This document shows, one piece after another, positions 27,642-36,768 of a stretch of 64,000 nt of DNA. This DNA comes from Candidatus Kapaibacterium sp. (lineage in GTDB: Bacteria > Bacteroidota > Ignavibacteria > OLB7). Each line of letters opens with the position of its first letter. Position 1 is the stretch's first letter. The DNA lies in contig DATLHO010000017.1 in the NCBI GenBank assembly GCA_035539855.1, positions 13,291 to 77,290 on the forward strand. Reading direction: 5' to 3'. The notes beneath the pieces are model-generated. The model did not search any database. It was not told the origin of the DNA and worked only from the letters and a program-made list of their open reading frames with translations. The position numbers and the translations under genes were made by a program.

Positions 27642-29775
27642 GGTGCCGCAGGCCCCCGTCGCGGCGCCGGCTCCGCGACGGCGAACCGCCGGCTCTCGCG
27701 ACGCGCGCCGCCTCGCCGTCGTCGCCGTGCTGATCACGCTCGGCCTCGGCGCGGTCGTCGTCCGGCTCGCGTCGCTGCAGATCGTCGACGGCGATCGCTA
27801 CGCCGAGCTCGCGCGCCGGCAGTACGAGTCGCGCGTGACCCTCGAGCCCGAGCGCGGACTGATCTACGATCGCAACGGCAACCTCCTGGCGACCAATGCC
27901 CTGAGCTACTCGTTCGCGGTCGACCCGAAGCACGTCGAGCATCCCGCGGAGCTCGCGGCGACCTTCGCCCGGGTGCTCGGCGGCGAGCCGGCGGAGTACC
28001 TGGCGAAGATGGGCCAGAAGAATCGCTCGTTCGTCTGGATCCGCCGCAAGGTCTCCGGCGCGGCACTCGAGGCCCTCAAGTCGGTCACCGACAACGGAGT
28101 CATCAGGATTCGCGAGCCGCTGCGTCGCTTCGAGTACGACTCGCTCGGTGCCCAGCTTCTCGGGTACACGGACATCGACAACACGGGCATCAGCGGCGTC
28201 GAGCATCATTTCAACGAGCAGCTCAAGGGTCGCCCCGGCTTCATGATCATGCAGCGCGACGCGCTCGGACGCCGTCGCCCGGACATCGATCTGCCGCAGT
28301 CCCCGCCGGAGCACGGCTCCGGACTGATGCTCACGATCGACGTCACGGTTCAGGGGATCGTCGAGGAGGAGCTCGCGCGCGGCGTGCGCGCGGCCGGTGC
28401 GGCCTCGGGCACCGCGGTCGCGATCGATCCGCGCACCGGCGAGATCCTCGCGATGTCGAGCTACCCGAGCTTCAACCCGAACGCCGTTCGGGGCGCCGAT
28501 CCGGCGGCGATCCGCATCCGCGCGATCACCGACACCTACGAGCCGGGATCGACGATGAAGGCGATCACGGCGGCCGCCGCGATCGAGGAGGGCGTGGTCG
28601 ACGTCGACGAGGGGATCGAGAGCAACGGCGGCGTGATGCAGGTCGGCACGCACACGGTCCGCGACGACCATCCGGTCGAGAACATGACCTTCCGCACCGC
28701 GCTCGAGCAGTCGAGCAACGTCGGATTCGCGTCGATCGCCTCACGGCTGGCCGCGCCCCGGTTCTACAAGTACGTGCGCGACTTCGGCTTCGGCATCGTC
28801 AGCGGCGTCGACCTGCCCGGCGAAGTCCGCGGCGAGGTCAAGAAGCCGAACGAGTTCACCGTCGGCACGCAGGAGTTCATGGCCTTCGGCTACGAGCTCG
28901 CGGTCACGCCGCTGCAGCTCGTCAGCGCGTACGCGGCGATCGCCAACGGCGGAGTCATGATGCGGCCGCACCTGCTCAAGCGCCGGCTCGATCGCGAAGG
29001 GGGGACCGTTGAGGAGATCGAGCCGCAGGAGATCCGCCGCGTCGTCAGCGAGGAGACCGCCGCGATCGTGCGCGACCTGCTCGTCTCGGTCGTCGAGAAG
29101 GGGACGGGCTCGGCGGCGCGGATCGTCGGACTCAAGATCGCGGGCAAGACCGGAACGGCGCAGCAGCTCTCCGGCGGCGCGTACTCGAAGGAGAAATACA
29201 ACGCCTCGTTCGCGGGGTTCTTTCCGGCGGAGAATCCGAAGGTGGCGCTCCTGGTGCTGCTGGACAATCCGACCAACGGATACTATGGCGGACAGGTCGC
29301 CGCGCCGATCTTCCGCGAGATCGCCCGACGCGTCGTCAACGCGTCGATGCACGGATCGGAGTCGGAGCTGCGGATCGCCGCCGACGCGCCTGCGCAGCGC
29401 AGGGCGGTGCCCATGGCCGCCAGCGCGACGGTCGCGATCCCCGATCTGCGCGGAGTCGAGCTCGGTGCCGCGCGACGGGTTGCCGAGCGCTACGGATTGC
29501 GCGTCATGGCGCGCGGCACCGGCCGCGTCGTCATCGCGCAGGAGCCCGCACCGCGCTCCGGCGTCGCCCAGCGCAGCGTCGTGACGCTGGTCACCGGGGC
29601 CGATCCCCGGCGCATGCCCGACCTGCGAGGAATGAGCCTGCGACGGGCGGTCAACCTCCTGAACGAGGGCCGCATCCGTCCCCGCATCACCGGCACCGGC
29701 CGCGTCCGCGAGCAATCGCCCGCCCCCGGCGCCGCAATCGACAACCGAATCGTAGCCTCGCTCCGTTGCGAATAG
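27616..29775 (+). CDS. ftsI: Peptidoglycan D,D-transpeptidase FtsI (class B PBP) with two C-terminal PASTA-like domains
   Basis: PBP dimerisation domain. Transpeptidase motifs STMK, SSN and KTGT. Two C-terminal repeats of PDLRG...G-x-V-x-Q-x-P. Confidence 0.9.
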   Translation: MARNQSAPRVPQAPVAAPAPRRRTAGSRDARRLAVVAVLITLGLGAVVVRLASLQIVDGDRYAELARRQYESRVTLEPERGLIYDRNGNLLATNALSYSFAVDPKHVEHPAELAATFARVLGGEPAEYLAKMGQKNRSFVWIRRKVSGAALEALKSVTDNGVIRIREPLRRFEYDSLGAQLLGYTDIDNTGISGVEHHFNEQLKGRPGFMIMQRDALGRRRPDIDLPQSPPEHGSGLMLTIDVTVQGIVEEELARGVRAAGAASGTAVAIDPRTGEILAMSSYPSFNPNAVRGADPAAIRIRAITDTYEPGSTMKAITAAAAIEEGVVDVDEGIESNGGVMQVGTHTVRDDHPVENMTFRTALEQSSNVGFASIASRLAAPRFYKYVRDFGFGIVSGVDLPGEVRGEVKKPNEFTVGTQEFMAFGYELAVTPLQLVSAYAAIANGGVMMRPHLLKRRLDREGGTVEEIEPQEIRRVVSEETAAIVRDLLVSVVEKGTGSAARIVGLKIAGKTGTAQQLSGGAYSKEKYNASFAGFFPAENPKVALLVLLDNPTNGYYGGQVAAPIFREIARRVVNASMHGSESELRIAADAPAQRRAVPMAASATVAIPDLRGVELGAARRVAERYGLRVMARGTGRVVIAQEPAPRSGVAQRSVVTLVTGADPRRMPDLRGMSLRRAVNLLNEGRIRPRITGTGRVREQSPAPGAAIDNRIVASLRCE

Positions 29776-30004
29776 AACACAACGGCAGCCGACCGGAACC
29801 GACGAGACAAGCATCGCTGGCATCCCAGCCAACAACAAAAAACAAATAACCAATACCCGTTACCGAACCCCTTCTCCGGGCACGTCAATCCCAACGCTCG
29901 ATCACATACTCCCCCGCCTCACAGGCCTTCGCGAGACTCGCGGCGACCGTGCGCGCGCGCTCGGAGCGCTGCGCTACGACAGCCGCACCGTCGCTGCCGG
30001 CGAC

Positions 30005-31420
30005 GTGTTCGTCGCGATCAACGGACGCGATGACCACGGGCTCGAGTATGTCGGCGACGCGCTCGATCGCGGAGCGACGACGCTCATCATCGATGCGCCG
30101 GAGAGCCTCGACGCCGCAACGCTCGCGCGCGAGGACGTCACGACGATCATCGTCGACGATGCGCGCGTCGCGATGGCGCAGATGGCGATCGCCATGCACG
30201 GCGACCCGTCGCGCCGCGTGAAGCTCTACGGCGTCACGGGAACCAATGGAAAGACCACGACGACCTGGGTCCTGCGCCAACTGCTCGAGGCGGTCGGCGA
30301 GCGGGTCGGGGTCATCGGAACGCTCGGCGCGATGGTCGATACGATCGTCCCCACCGGCTACACGACGCCGGAGTCGCCCGAGCTGCTGACAATCCTCAAC
30401 ACGATGGCCACCGAGGGCTGCACCGCGGTCGCCATGGAAGTCTCCTCGCACGCACTCGCCCTCCACCGCGTCGACGGACTCGGTTTTGCCGGCGCGATCT
30501 TCACAAACCTGACGCAGGATCACCTCGATTTTCATGATTCAATCGAATCCTACCGTGACGCGAAGAAGCTTCTCTTCGACCGACTCGACGCAGATCGACC
30601 AGCAGTGGTCAATGTCGACGACGTACACGGACGAGCGATGGTTCGTGACAGCCATGCTCGAGTACTCCGGTTTGGATCAGCTGCTAATGCTGACGCACTC
30701 GTCACTGGAGTTCGATCTACAGCCGACGGCTCCGCCTGGAGTCTGAAGCTCGGCCCCTCCCTCGGCTCGGCGCAGCTCGAGCTGCGCATGCCGCTGGTGG
30801 GCCGGTTCAATGTCTGGAACGTCACGGCCGCTCTACTGCTCGCGCTCGCCGAGGGCCATGACCGCGATCGACTCGTCGAGGCCGTCGCCTCGCTGCGCCC
30901 GGTGCCCGGACGCATGGAGTCGATCCGACTCGACAACGGCGCGACCGCCGTCGTCGACTACGCGCACACTCCCGACGCGCTCGACAACGTCCTGTCGACC
31001 TTGCAGGAGGTTCGAACCGACGGCGGGAGAATCATCACGGTCTTCGGCTGCGGAGGCGACCGTGACCGCACGAAGCGACCGCAGATGGGCGCGATCGCCG
31101 CGGCTGGATCGGATCGGGTCATCGTGACCTCCGACAATCCGCGCAGCGAGGATCCGGCGGCGATCATCGACGCGATCGTCGCGGGCATCGACCGTCGCGA
31201 CGGCGTCCAGTCGATCGTCGATCGTCGCGAGGCGATCATCGCTGCGCTCGAGAGCGCGCGCAGCGGCGACATCGTTCTGATCGCCGGCAAGGGACACGAG
31301 ACGGACCAGATCGTCGGCGACGAGCGTCGGCACTTCGACGATCGCGAGGTCGTGCGCGAGTGGAACCGACCGTTCGCCGCGCACGACGGTCACGACAGGG
31401 AGGACGTGGCGGCCGCATGA
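30005..31420 (+). CDS. murE: UDP-N-acetylmuramoyl-L-alanyl-D-glutamate--2,6-diaminopimelate ligase
   Basis: GVTGTNGKTTT, the Mur ligase central and C domains, and a DNPR motif. The coordinates follow the ORF-track GTG 30005. MurE-like sequence continues in frame upstream to about 29888 with no ATG, GTG or TTG (see finding). Confidence 0.9.
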   Translation: MFVAINGRDDHGLEYVGDALDRGATTLIIDAPESLDAATLAREDVTTIIVDDARVAMAQMAIAMHGDPSRRVKLYGVTGTNGKTTTTWVLRQLLEAVGERVGVIGTLGAMVDTIVPTGYTTPESPELLTILNTMATEGCTAVAMEVSSHALALHRVDGLGFAGAIFTNLTQDHLDFHDSIESYRDAKKLLFDRLDADRPAVVNVDDVHGRAMVRDSHARVLRFGSAANADALVTGVRSTADGSAWSLKLGPSLGSAQLELRMPLVGRFNVWNVTAALLLALAEGHDRDRLVEAVASLRPVPGRMESIRLDNGATAVVDYAHTPDALDNVLSTLQEVRTDGGRIITVFGCGGDRDRTKRPQMGAIAAAGSDRVIVTSDNPRSEDPAAIIDAIVAGIDRRDGVQSIVDRREAIIAALESARSGDIVLIAGKGHETDQIVGDERRHFDDREVVREWNRPFAAHDGHDREDVAAA

Positions 31421-32841
31421 GAATCGCATCCATCGGAGACCTGCTGTCGGTGCTGCCGACGGCGCGCCTGGTCGGTTCCGCCGGTGCGAAGCGCCGCGCG
31501 GTCGCCGGCTTCTCGACCGACAGTCGTTCCTTGAAAAAACGGGACCTGTTCATCGCGCTCGTCGGCGAGCGCTTCGACGGTCACAGCTTCGTCGCGCACG
31601 CCGACGGCGCGTCCGCGGCGCTGGTCAACGAGTCGTGGCTCGCCGAGCATCCCGACGTCGTCGCGCCGGTGCCGCTGATCGCGGTCGAGGACACGCTCCG
31701 CGCCTACGGCGACATTGCCGCGGCGCACCGCGCGTCGCTTTCGATTCCGATCGTCGCGATCGCCGGCAGCAACGGAAAGACGACGACCAAGGAGCTCGTC
31801 GCCGATCTGCTGGCCACGCGCTACACCGTGCTGCGCACCGAGGGTAATCTCAACAACCTCATCGGCGTGCCCGCGACGATCCTCAGGATCACGCACGAGC
31901 ACACCGCGGCGGTGATCGAGATCGGAACGAACACGCCGGGCGAGATCGCACGGCTCTGCGAGATCCTTCGGCCGACGCACGGCGTGATCACGAACATCGG
32001 CGCGGAGCACCTCGAGCTGCTCGGCTCGCTCGAGGGAGTGGCGGAGGAGGAGGGCGCGCTCTATCGAAGCCTGGCGGAGACCAGCGGGACGGCGTTCGTC
32101 AACCTCGACGATCCGTACCTGGCGAAGATGGGCCGCTCGCTTCCGCTGACGGTGACCTATGGACGCTCGGCCCGCGCGGATGTTCGCGGACGCATCGGCC
32201 GTCTCGACGCCGACGGCGCGCCGTCGATCGAGATCACCGACCGCCGGCGCCCCGACGCCCGGCCGATCGCCGTGCAGTTGCGCACGCCGGGTGTGCACAC
32301 CGCGGTCAACGCGCTGGCGGCATCGGCGATCGCGCTGTCGATGAAGGTGACGCCGACGCGCGTCGCGCGTACGCTCGCGGCGTTCCAGCCGCGCGCCTAC
32401 GCTGCCGGCTACGCGCGGCTCGCGGTCGTTCGTACGCCGCTCGGCGCGACCGTGCTCAACGACACGTACAACGCGAACCCCGATTCGGTGCTCGCCGCGC
32501 TCGAGACGCTCCGCGCGATGAAGCCCGCGCGCGGCGGACGACGCATCGTGGTGCTCGGGGAGATGAAGGAGCTCGGCGCGAGCTCGGAGAGCGAGCATGC
32601 GCGCATGGGGCGGGAGATCGTCGAGCGTGGCGGCGTCGAGCGCGCGCTGTTCTACGGCGAGGCGATGCGCAACGCGCATCACGCGATCGACGGCGCCAGG
32701 GGAATCGACTCCAGCTTCTTCGACGACAAGCGCCAGCTCATCGACACGCTTCTGCGCGAGCTCACGGCGCACGATCTGGTGCTCGTCAAGGGCTCGCGCG
32801 GAATGAAGATGGAGGAGGTCGTGGCAGCGCTGCTCGGATGA
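31417..32841 (+). CDS. murF: UDP-N-acetylmuramoyl-tripeptide--D-alanyl-D-alanine ligase
   Basis: STDSRSLKKRDLFIAL, GSNGKTTTKE and NDTYNANPDS. An ATGA overlap couples it to the murE stop. Confidence 0.9.
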   Translation: MRIASIGDLLSVLPTARLVGSAGAKRRAVAGFSTDSRSLKKRDLFIALVGERFDGHSFVAHADGASAALVNESWLAEHPDVVAPVPLIAVEDTLRAYGDIAAAHRASLSIPIVAIAGSNGKTTTKELVADLLATRYTVLRTEGNLNNLIGVPATILRITHEHTAAVIEIGTNTPGEIARLCEILRPTHGVITNIGAEHLELLGSLEGVAEEEGALYRSLAETSGTAFVNLDDPYLAKMGRSLPLTVTYGRSARADVRGRIGRLDADGAPSIEITDRRRPDARPIAVQLRTPGVHTAVNALAASAIALSMKVTPTRVARTLAAFQPRAYAAGYARLAVVRTPLGATVLNDTYNANPDSVLAALETLRAMKPARGGRRIVVLGEMKELGASSESEHARMGREIVERGGVERALFYGEAMRNAHHAIDGARGIDSSFFDDKRQLIDTLLRELTAHDLVLVKGSRGMKMEEVVAALLG

Positions 32842-32868
32842 TCCGCAATCCGAACTTCGAAATCCGAA

Positions 32869-33993
32869 ATGCTCTATTACCTGGCCCAGTATCTCGAATC
32901 AGCGTTCCAGCCGCCGGGGTTCGGACTGTTCCGCTTCGTGACCTTTCGCGCGGCCGGAGCGGCGATCACGGCGCTCATGATCGCGCTGTTCATCGGGCCG
33001 CGGATCATCCTCGCGCTGCGCCGCCGCCACATCGGCGAGCAGGGCAAGCGCGAGGCACCGAAGAGCCACATGGCCAAGGCCGGCACCCCGACGATGGGCG
33101 GCCTGATCGTCCTGCTCTCGCTGATCGTGCCGTCTCTGCTGTGGTGCGACGTCAAGAGCGCGTACGTGATCCTCGCGGTGGTCGTGACGGTGTTCCTCGG
33201 CGGTGTGGGATTTCTCGATGACTACCTCAAGGTCATCCGCAAGCTGCCGAAGGGATTGATCGGACGCTACAAGATCATCGGCCAGCTCGCGATCGGATTC
33301 GTGCTCGGCGGCGTGATCTACTTCTTCCCGGAATGGTTCCCGGGGAATTTCGAGCGGCTGCACACGTACACGACGGTGCCGTTCGTGAAGGACCTCGTGA
33401 TCGACTTCGGATGGATGTACATCCCGATCACCATGTTCGTCGTCACCGCGACCTCGAACGCCGTCAACCTCACCGACGGACTCGACGGACTGGCGATCGG
33501 AACGGTGAGCATCGTCGCGCTGACCCTCGCGGTGATCACGTACATCTCGGGCAACGCGGTCGCGGCGGAGTACCTGAACATCCCGTACCTGCGCGGCGCC
33601 GAAGAGCTCGCAATCTTCTGCGCGGCGCTGGTCGGAGCCGGACTCGGCTTCCTCTGGTACAACTCCTATCCCGCCCAGATCTTCATGGGGGATACAGGCT
33701 CTCTGGCGCTTGGCGGCGCGATCGCGGCAATCATGATCCTCGTCAAGAAGGAGTACATGATCCCGGTCCTCGGCGGTGTCTTCTTCGCCGAGTCGCTCTC
33801 GGTCATGGCGCAGGTCGCATACTTCAAGTACACGCGCAAGCGCTTCGGTGAGGGACGCAGAATCTTCCGACGCGCGCCCCTGCATCATCACTTCGAAGAG
33901 CGGGGATGGCCCGAAGCGAAGATCGTCACGCGGTTCTACATCGTGGCGATTCTGTTGGCGATAGTGGGTGTTGTGACGTTGAAGATCAGATGA
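32869..33993 (+). CDS. mraY: Phospho-N-acetylmuramoyl-pentapeptide transferase
   Basis: KAGTPTMGG, NAVNLTDGLDGLA and MGDTGSLALGG. Confidence 0.95.
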   Translation: MLYYLAQYLESAFQPPGFGLFRFVTFRAAGAAITALMIALFIGPRIILALRRRHIGEQGKREAPKSHMAKAGTPTMGGLIVLLSLIVPSLLWCDVKSAYVILAVVVTVFLGGVGFLDDYLKVIRKLPKGLIGRYKIIGQLAIGFVLGGVIYFFPEWFPGNFERLHTYTTVPFVKDLVIDFGWMYIPITMFVVTATSNAVNLTDGLDGLAIGTVSIVALTLAVITYISGNAVAAEYLNIPYLRGAEELAIFCAALVGAGLGFLWYNSYPAQIFMGDTGSLALGGAIAAIMILVKKEYMIPVLGGVFFAESLSVMAQVAYFKYTRKRFGEGRRIFRRAPLHHHFEERGWPEAKIVTRFYIVAILLAIVGVVTLKIR

Positions 33994-34162
33994 GATGTCA
34001 GCTGTCTGACTTGTCAGATGTCAGATGTCAGATGTTAGATGTCACATACCAGGAAGTGTCTGGTGTCAGATGTCAGATGTTAGATGTCACAAACCAGGAA
34101 AGACCTCCGACTCCATCCGTCTCTTGTATGTGACATCTGACCTCTAACATCTGACCTCTAAC
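33994..34162 (+). repeat. Bipartite inverted heptamer-array element filling the mraY-murD spacer
   Basis: Units in 7-nt register run from 33994 (GATGTCA GCTGTCT GACTTGT CAGATGT x3 TAGATGT CACATAC). The module is repeated at 34067-34094. An inverse array TGACATC TGACCTC TAACATC TGACCTC TAAC lies at 34131-34162 and ends at the murD ATG. Confidence 0.85.
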
Positions 34163-35530
34163 ATGCCTACTCACACCGTTATCGGCTCCGCCCGCTCCGG
34201 CCTCGCGGCCGTGCGGTTGCTGCGTGCCGAGGGTGCGACGGTGTTTGTGAGTGATAGTCGTCCGGCGGTGGATGCTGCTGAGTCGATTGCGGCGCTCGAG
34301 GAGATGGGGGTCGAGTACGAGTTTGGAGGACACACCGACCGGGTGCTCGAGGCGGCGACGATCGTGTTGTCGCCGGGAGTGCCCGACACGATTCCGATCG
34401 TGCGCAAGGCGGTGGAGCGGGGGCTGGCGGTGGTCGGCGAGATCGAGATCGCCGCTGCGCGCTGTCGCGCGCCGATCGTCGCGATCACGGGCACCAACGG
34501 CAAGACGACGACGACCGAGCTCGCCGGGCACATCTTCCGCACCGCCGGCCGACGGACGTTCGTCGCCGGCAACGTCGGACTCGCGTTCAGCGAGATCGCC
34601 GCGGAGGCCGACGAGACGAGCGTCGTCGTGCTCGAGGTCAGTTCGTTCCAGCTCGAGCACATCGTCGAGTTCCGACCGCGCGTCGCGATCGTGACGAACG
34701 TGACGCCGGATCACATGGATCGCTACGCGAGCTTCGAGGCGTACCTCGCGGCGAAGCTCCGAATCGCGGAGAACCAGACGAGCGACGACACGCTCATCGT
34801 CGGCGTCGACAGCGCGCCGTTGCGCGAGGCGCCGTTTGCGGGCGGCGCGCACATGCTCGCCTTCTCACAGCTCGAGGAGGTCGCCAGCGGCGCCTGGCTG
34901 AAGGACGGGACCGTGATGCTCCGGCTGCACCCGACGCTCGAGCCGGTCGCGCTCATCGCGGCCGACGAGATCCGCATCCGCGGACCGCACAATCTCTACA
35001 ACGCGATGGCCGCGTCGCTCGCGGCCGCCGCGATGGGTGTCGAGCCCGAGACGATCGCGCGCTCGCTGCGCGAGTTCCCGGGCGTCGCGCACCGGCTCGA
35101 GCCGGTCGGCGATGTCGACGGCGTCGCCTACGTCAACGACTCGAAGGCGACCAACGTCGACTCGGTCCGCTACGCGCTCGCGAGCTTCGATCGGCCGATC
35201 GTGCTGATCGCCGGCGGCGTCAGCAAGCATGCGCCGTACGACGCGATCCTCGATCTCGTCCGCGAGCGCGTCAAGGCGGTGGTGCTCGTCGGCGAGGCGG
35301 CCGACGAGATGCAGAAGGCCTTCGAGCCGCTCGTGCCGGTGCACCGGGCGGGCATGAGTCTCGAGGACGCGGTGGCGCAGGCCCGCCGGATCGCCGAGCC
35401 CGGCGACGTCGTCCTTCTGTCGCCGGCCTGCGCAAGCTTCGACATGTTCAGGAACTACGAGCACCGCGGCGATCGTTTCCGCGAGCTCGTTCAGTCGATG
35501 GCGACGGCGCCCGCAGGCGCATCGTCATAG
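34163..35530 (+). CDS. murD: UDP-N-acetylmuramoylalanine--D-glutamate ligase
   Basis: ITGTNGKTTTT, DSKATNVDS and Mur ligase domains. Confidence 0.95.
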   Translation: MPTHTVIGSARSGLAAVRLLRAEGATVFVSDSRPAVDAAESIAALEEMGVEYEFGGHTDRVLEAATIVLSPGVPDTIPIVRKAVERGLAVVGEIEIAAARCRAPIVAITGTNGKTTTTELAGHIFRTAGRRTFVAGNVGLAFSEIAAEADETSVVVLEVSSFQLEHIVEFRPRVAIVTNVTPDHMDRYASFEAYLAAKLRIAENQTSDDTLIVGVDSAPLREAPFAGGAHMLAFSQLEEVASGAWLKDGTVMLRLHPTLEPVALIAADEIRIRGPHNLYNAMAASLAAAAMGVEPETIARSLREFPGVAHRLEPVGDVDGVAYVNDSKATNVDSVRYALASFDRPIVLIAGGVSKHAPYDAILDLVRERVKAVVLVGEAADEMQKAFEPLVPVHRAGMSLEDAVAQARRIAEPGDVVLLSPACASFDMFRNYEHRGDRFRELVQSMATAPAGASS

Positions 35531-35562
35531 CGGTCTCACTTCGTACCGAGCGCATCGCAATC

Positions 35563-36768
35563 GTGAGAACAGGCACACATACCGGCTCCGCCTCCCAGGG
35601 CGTCCTGCAGTTCGTCGGCGATCTGCCGACGAGCGCGCCGGCGGCCTCTCCGGTGGCGGCGCGCGGACACAGCGACTGGTTCATCCTGCTCGCGGTGCTC
35701 GGTCTGCTGTTCTTCTCGGTGGCGTTCGTCTACAGCGCGAGCTCGAGCTTCGCCGACGCGCGGACCGGCTCGACCGAGACGTTCTTCTGGAGCCACGCGA
35801 TCCGCGTCTTCGCGGGCGTCGCGATCATGCTCGTCGTCGCGCGCGTGGACTATCACTGGCTCGAGCGGTGGTCGAAGCCGATGATCCTCATCGCGCTGGG
35901 GCTGCTCTGCTACGTGCTCCTCGACGGCGCGCGGATGAAGGGCGCATCGCGCTGGATCGACATCGGGTTCATCAGCTTCCAGCCGTCGGAGTTCGCGAAG
36001 TTCGCGCTGATCCTTCACCTGGCGGTGATGCTCGCCGACAAGCGCGACTACGTCGGCGATCTGAAGTTCGCGTTCGTTCCGATGCTCGTCTGGATCGCGG
36101 GCGTCTGCGGTCTGATCGCGCTGCAGCCGAACCTCTCGACGGCGATGGTGATCTTCACGCTCTCGATGATCGTGCTGTTCATCGGCCGCGCGAAGCTCAG
36201 CCATCTGGCGAGCGTCGTCGTCGGCGGACTGGTCGCCGGTGGCGCCTACGCGGTCTCGGCCGAGTATCGAATGAAGCGGATCATGTCGTACATCGGACTG
36301 CACTCCGGCGGTTCGGGCGATGGGCTCGCGGCGATGAACTATCAGCTCCACCAGGCGCTGATCGCAACGGGATCGGGGGGCATCGGCGGACTGGGTCCGG
36401 GACAGAGCCGACAGCGGCTGTTTCTTCCGGAGCCGTTCGGCGACTTCATCTACTCGATCATTGCAGAAGAGTACGGCTTCCTCGGGGCGACCGCGCTTCT
36501 GGTCGTGTTTGGACTGATCGTCTGGCGCGGCATCATCGTTGCACGCCACGCCCCCGACGATCTCGGGCGCATCGCGGCCGCGGGCATCGCGCTGACGATC
36601 GGGTTCTACGCCCTTGTCAACGCCGGCGTCACGACCGGACTGCTGCCGACGACGGGTCTGCCGATGCCGTTCATCAGCTACGGCGGAAGCTCGGTGCTCA
36701 TCAGCGCGGCCGCGGTCGGTGTGCTGTTGAACATCTCGCAGCAGGCCAACGTGATGCCGAGAGGTTGA
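35563..36768 (+). CDS. ftsW: Peptidoglycan glycosyltransferase FtsW (SEDS family)
   Basis: Ten-TM SEDS pattern (FQPSEFAKF, LPFISYGGSS) at the expected dcw position. Confidence 0.9.
   Translation: MRTGTHTGSASQGVLQFVGDLPTSAPAASPVAARGHSDWFILLAVLGLLFFSVAFVYSASSSFADARTGSTETFFWSHAIRVFAGVAIMLVVARVDYHWLERWSKPMILIALGLLCYVLLDGARMKGASRWIDIGFISFQPSEFAKFALILHLAVMLADKRDYVGDLKFAFVPMLVWIAGVCGLIALQPNLSTAMVIFTLSMIVLFIGRAKLSHLASVVVGGLVAGGAYAVSAEYRMKRIMSYIGLHSGGSGDGLAAMNYQLHQALIATGSGGIGGLGPGQSRQRLFLPEPFGDFIYSIIAEEYGFLGATALLVVFGLIVWRGIIVARHAPDDLGRIAAAGIALTIGFYALVNAGVTTGLLPTTGLPMPFISYGGSSVLISAAAVGVLLNISQQANVMPRG

Noticed and set aside
33906-34133. ORF 33906..34133(+) and ORF 51201..51485(-) with CQMLDV/RCQMSDV peptide repeats
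   Set aside because: The peptide periodicity only reflects translation of the 7-nt arrays. The ORFs overlap the ends of mraY and uppP and the intergenic spacers.
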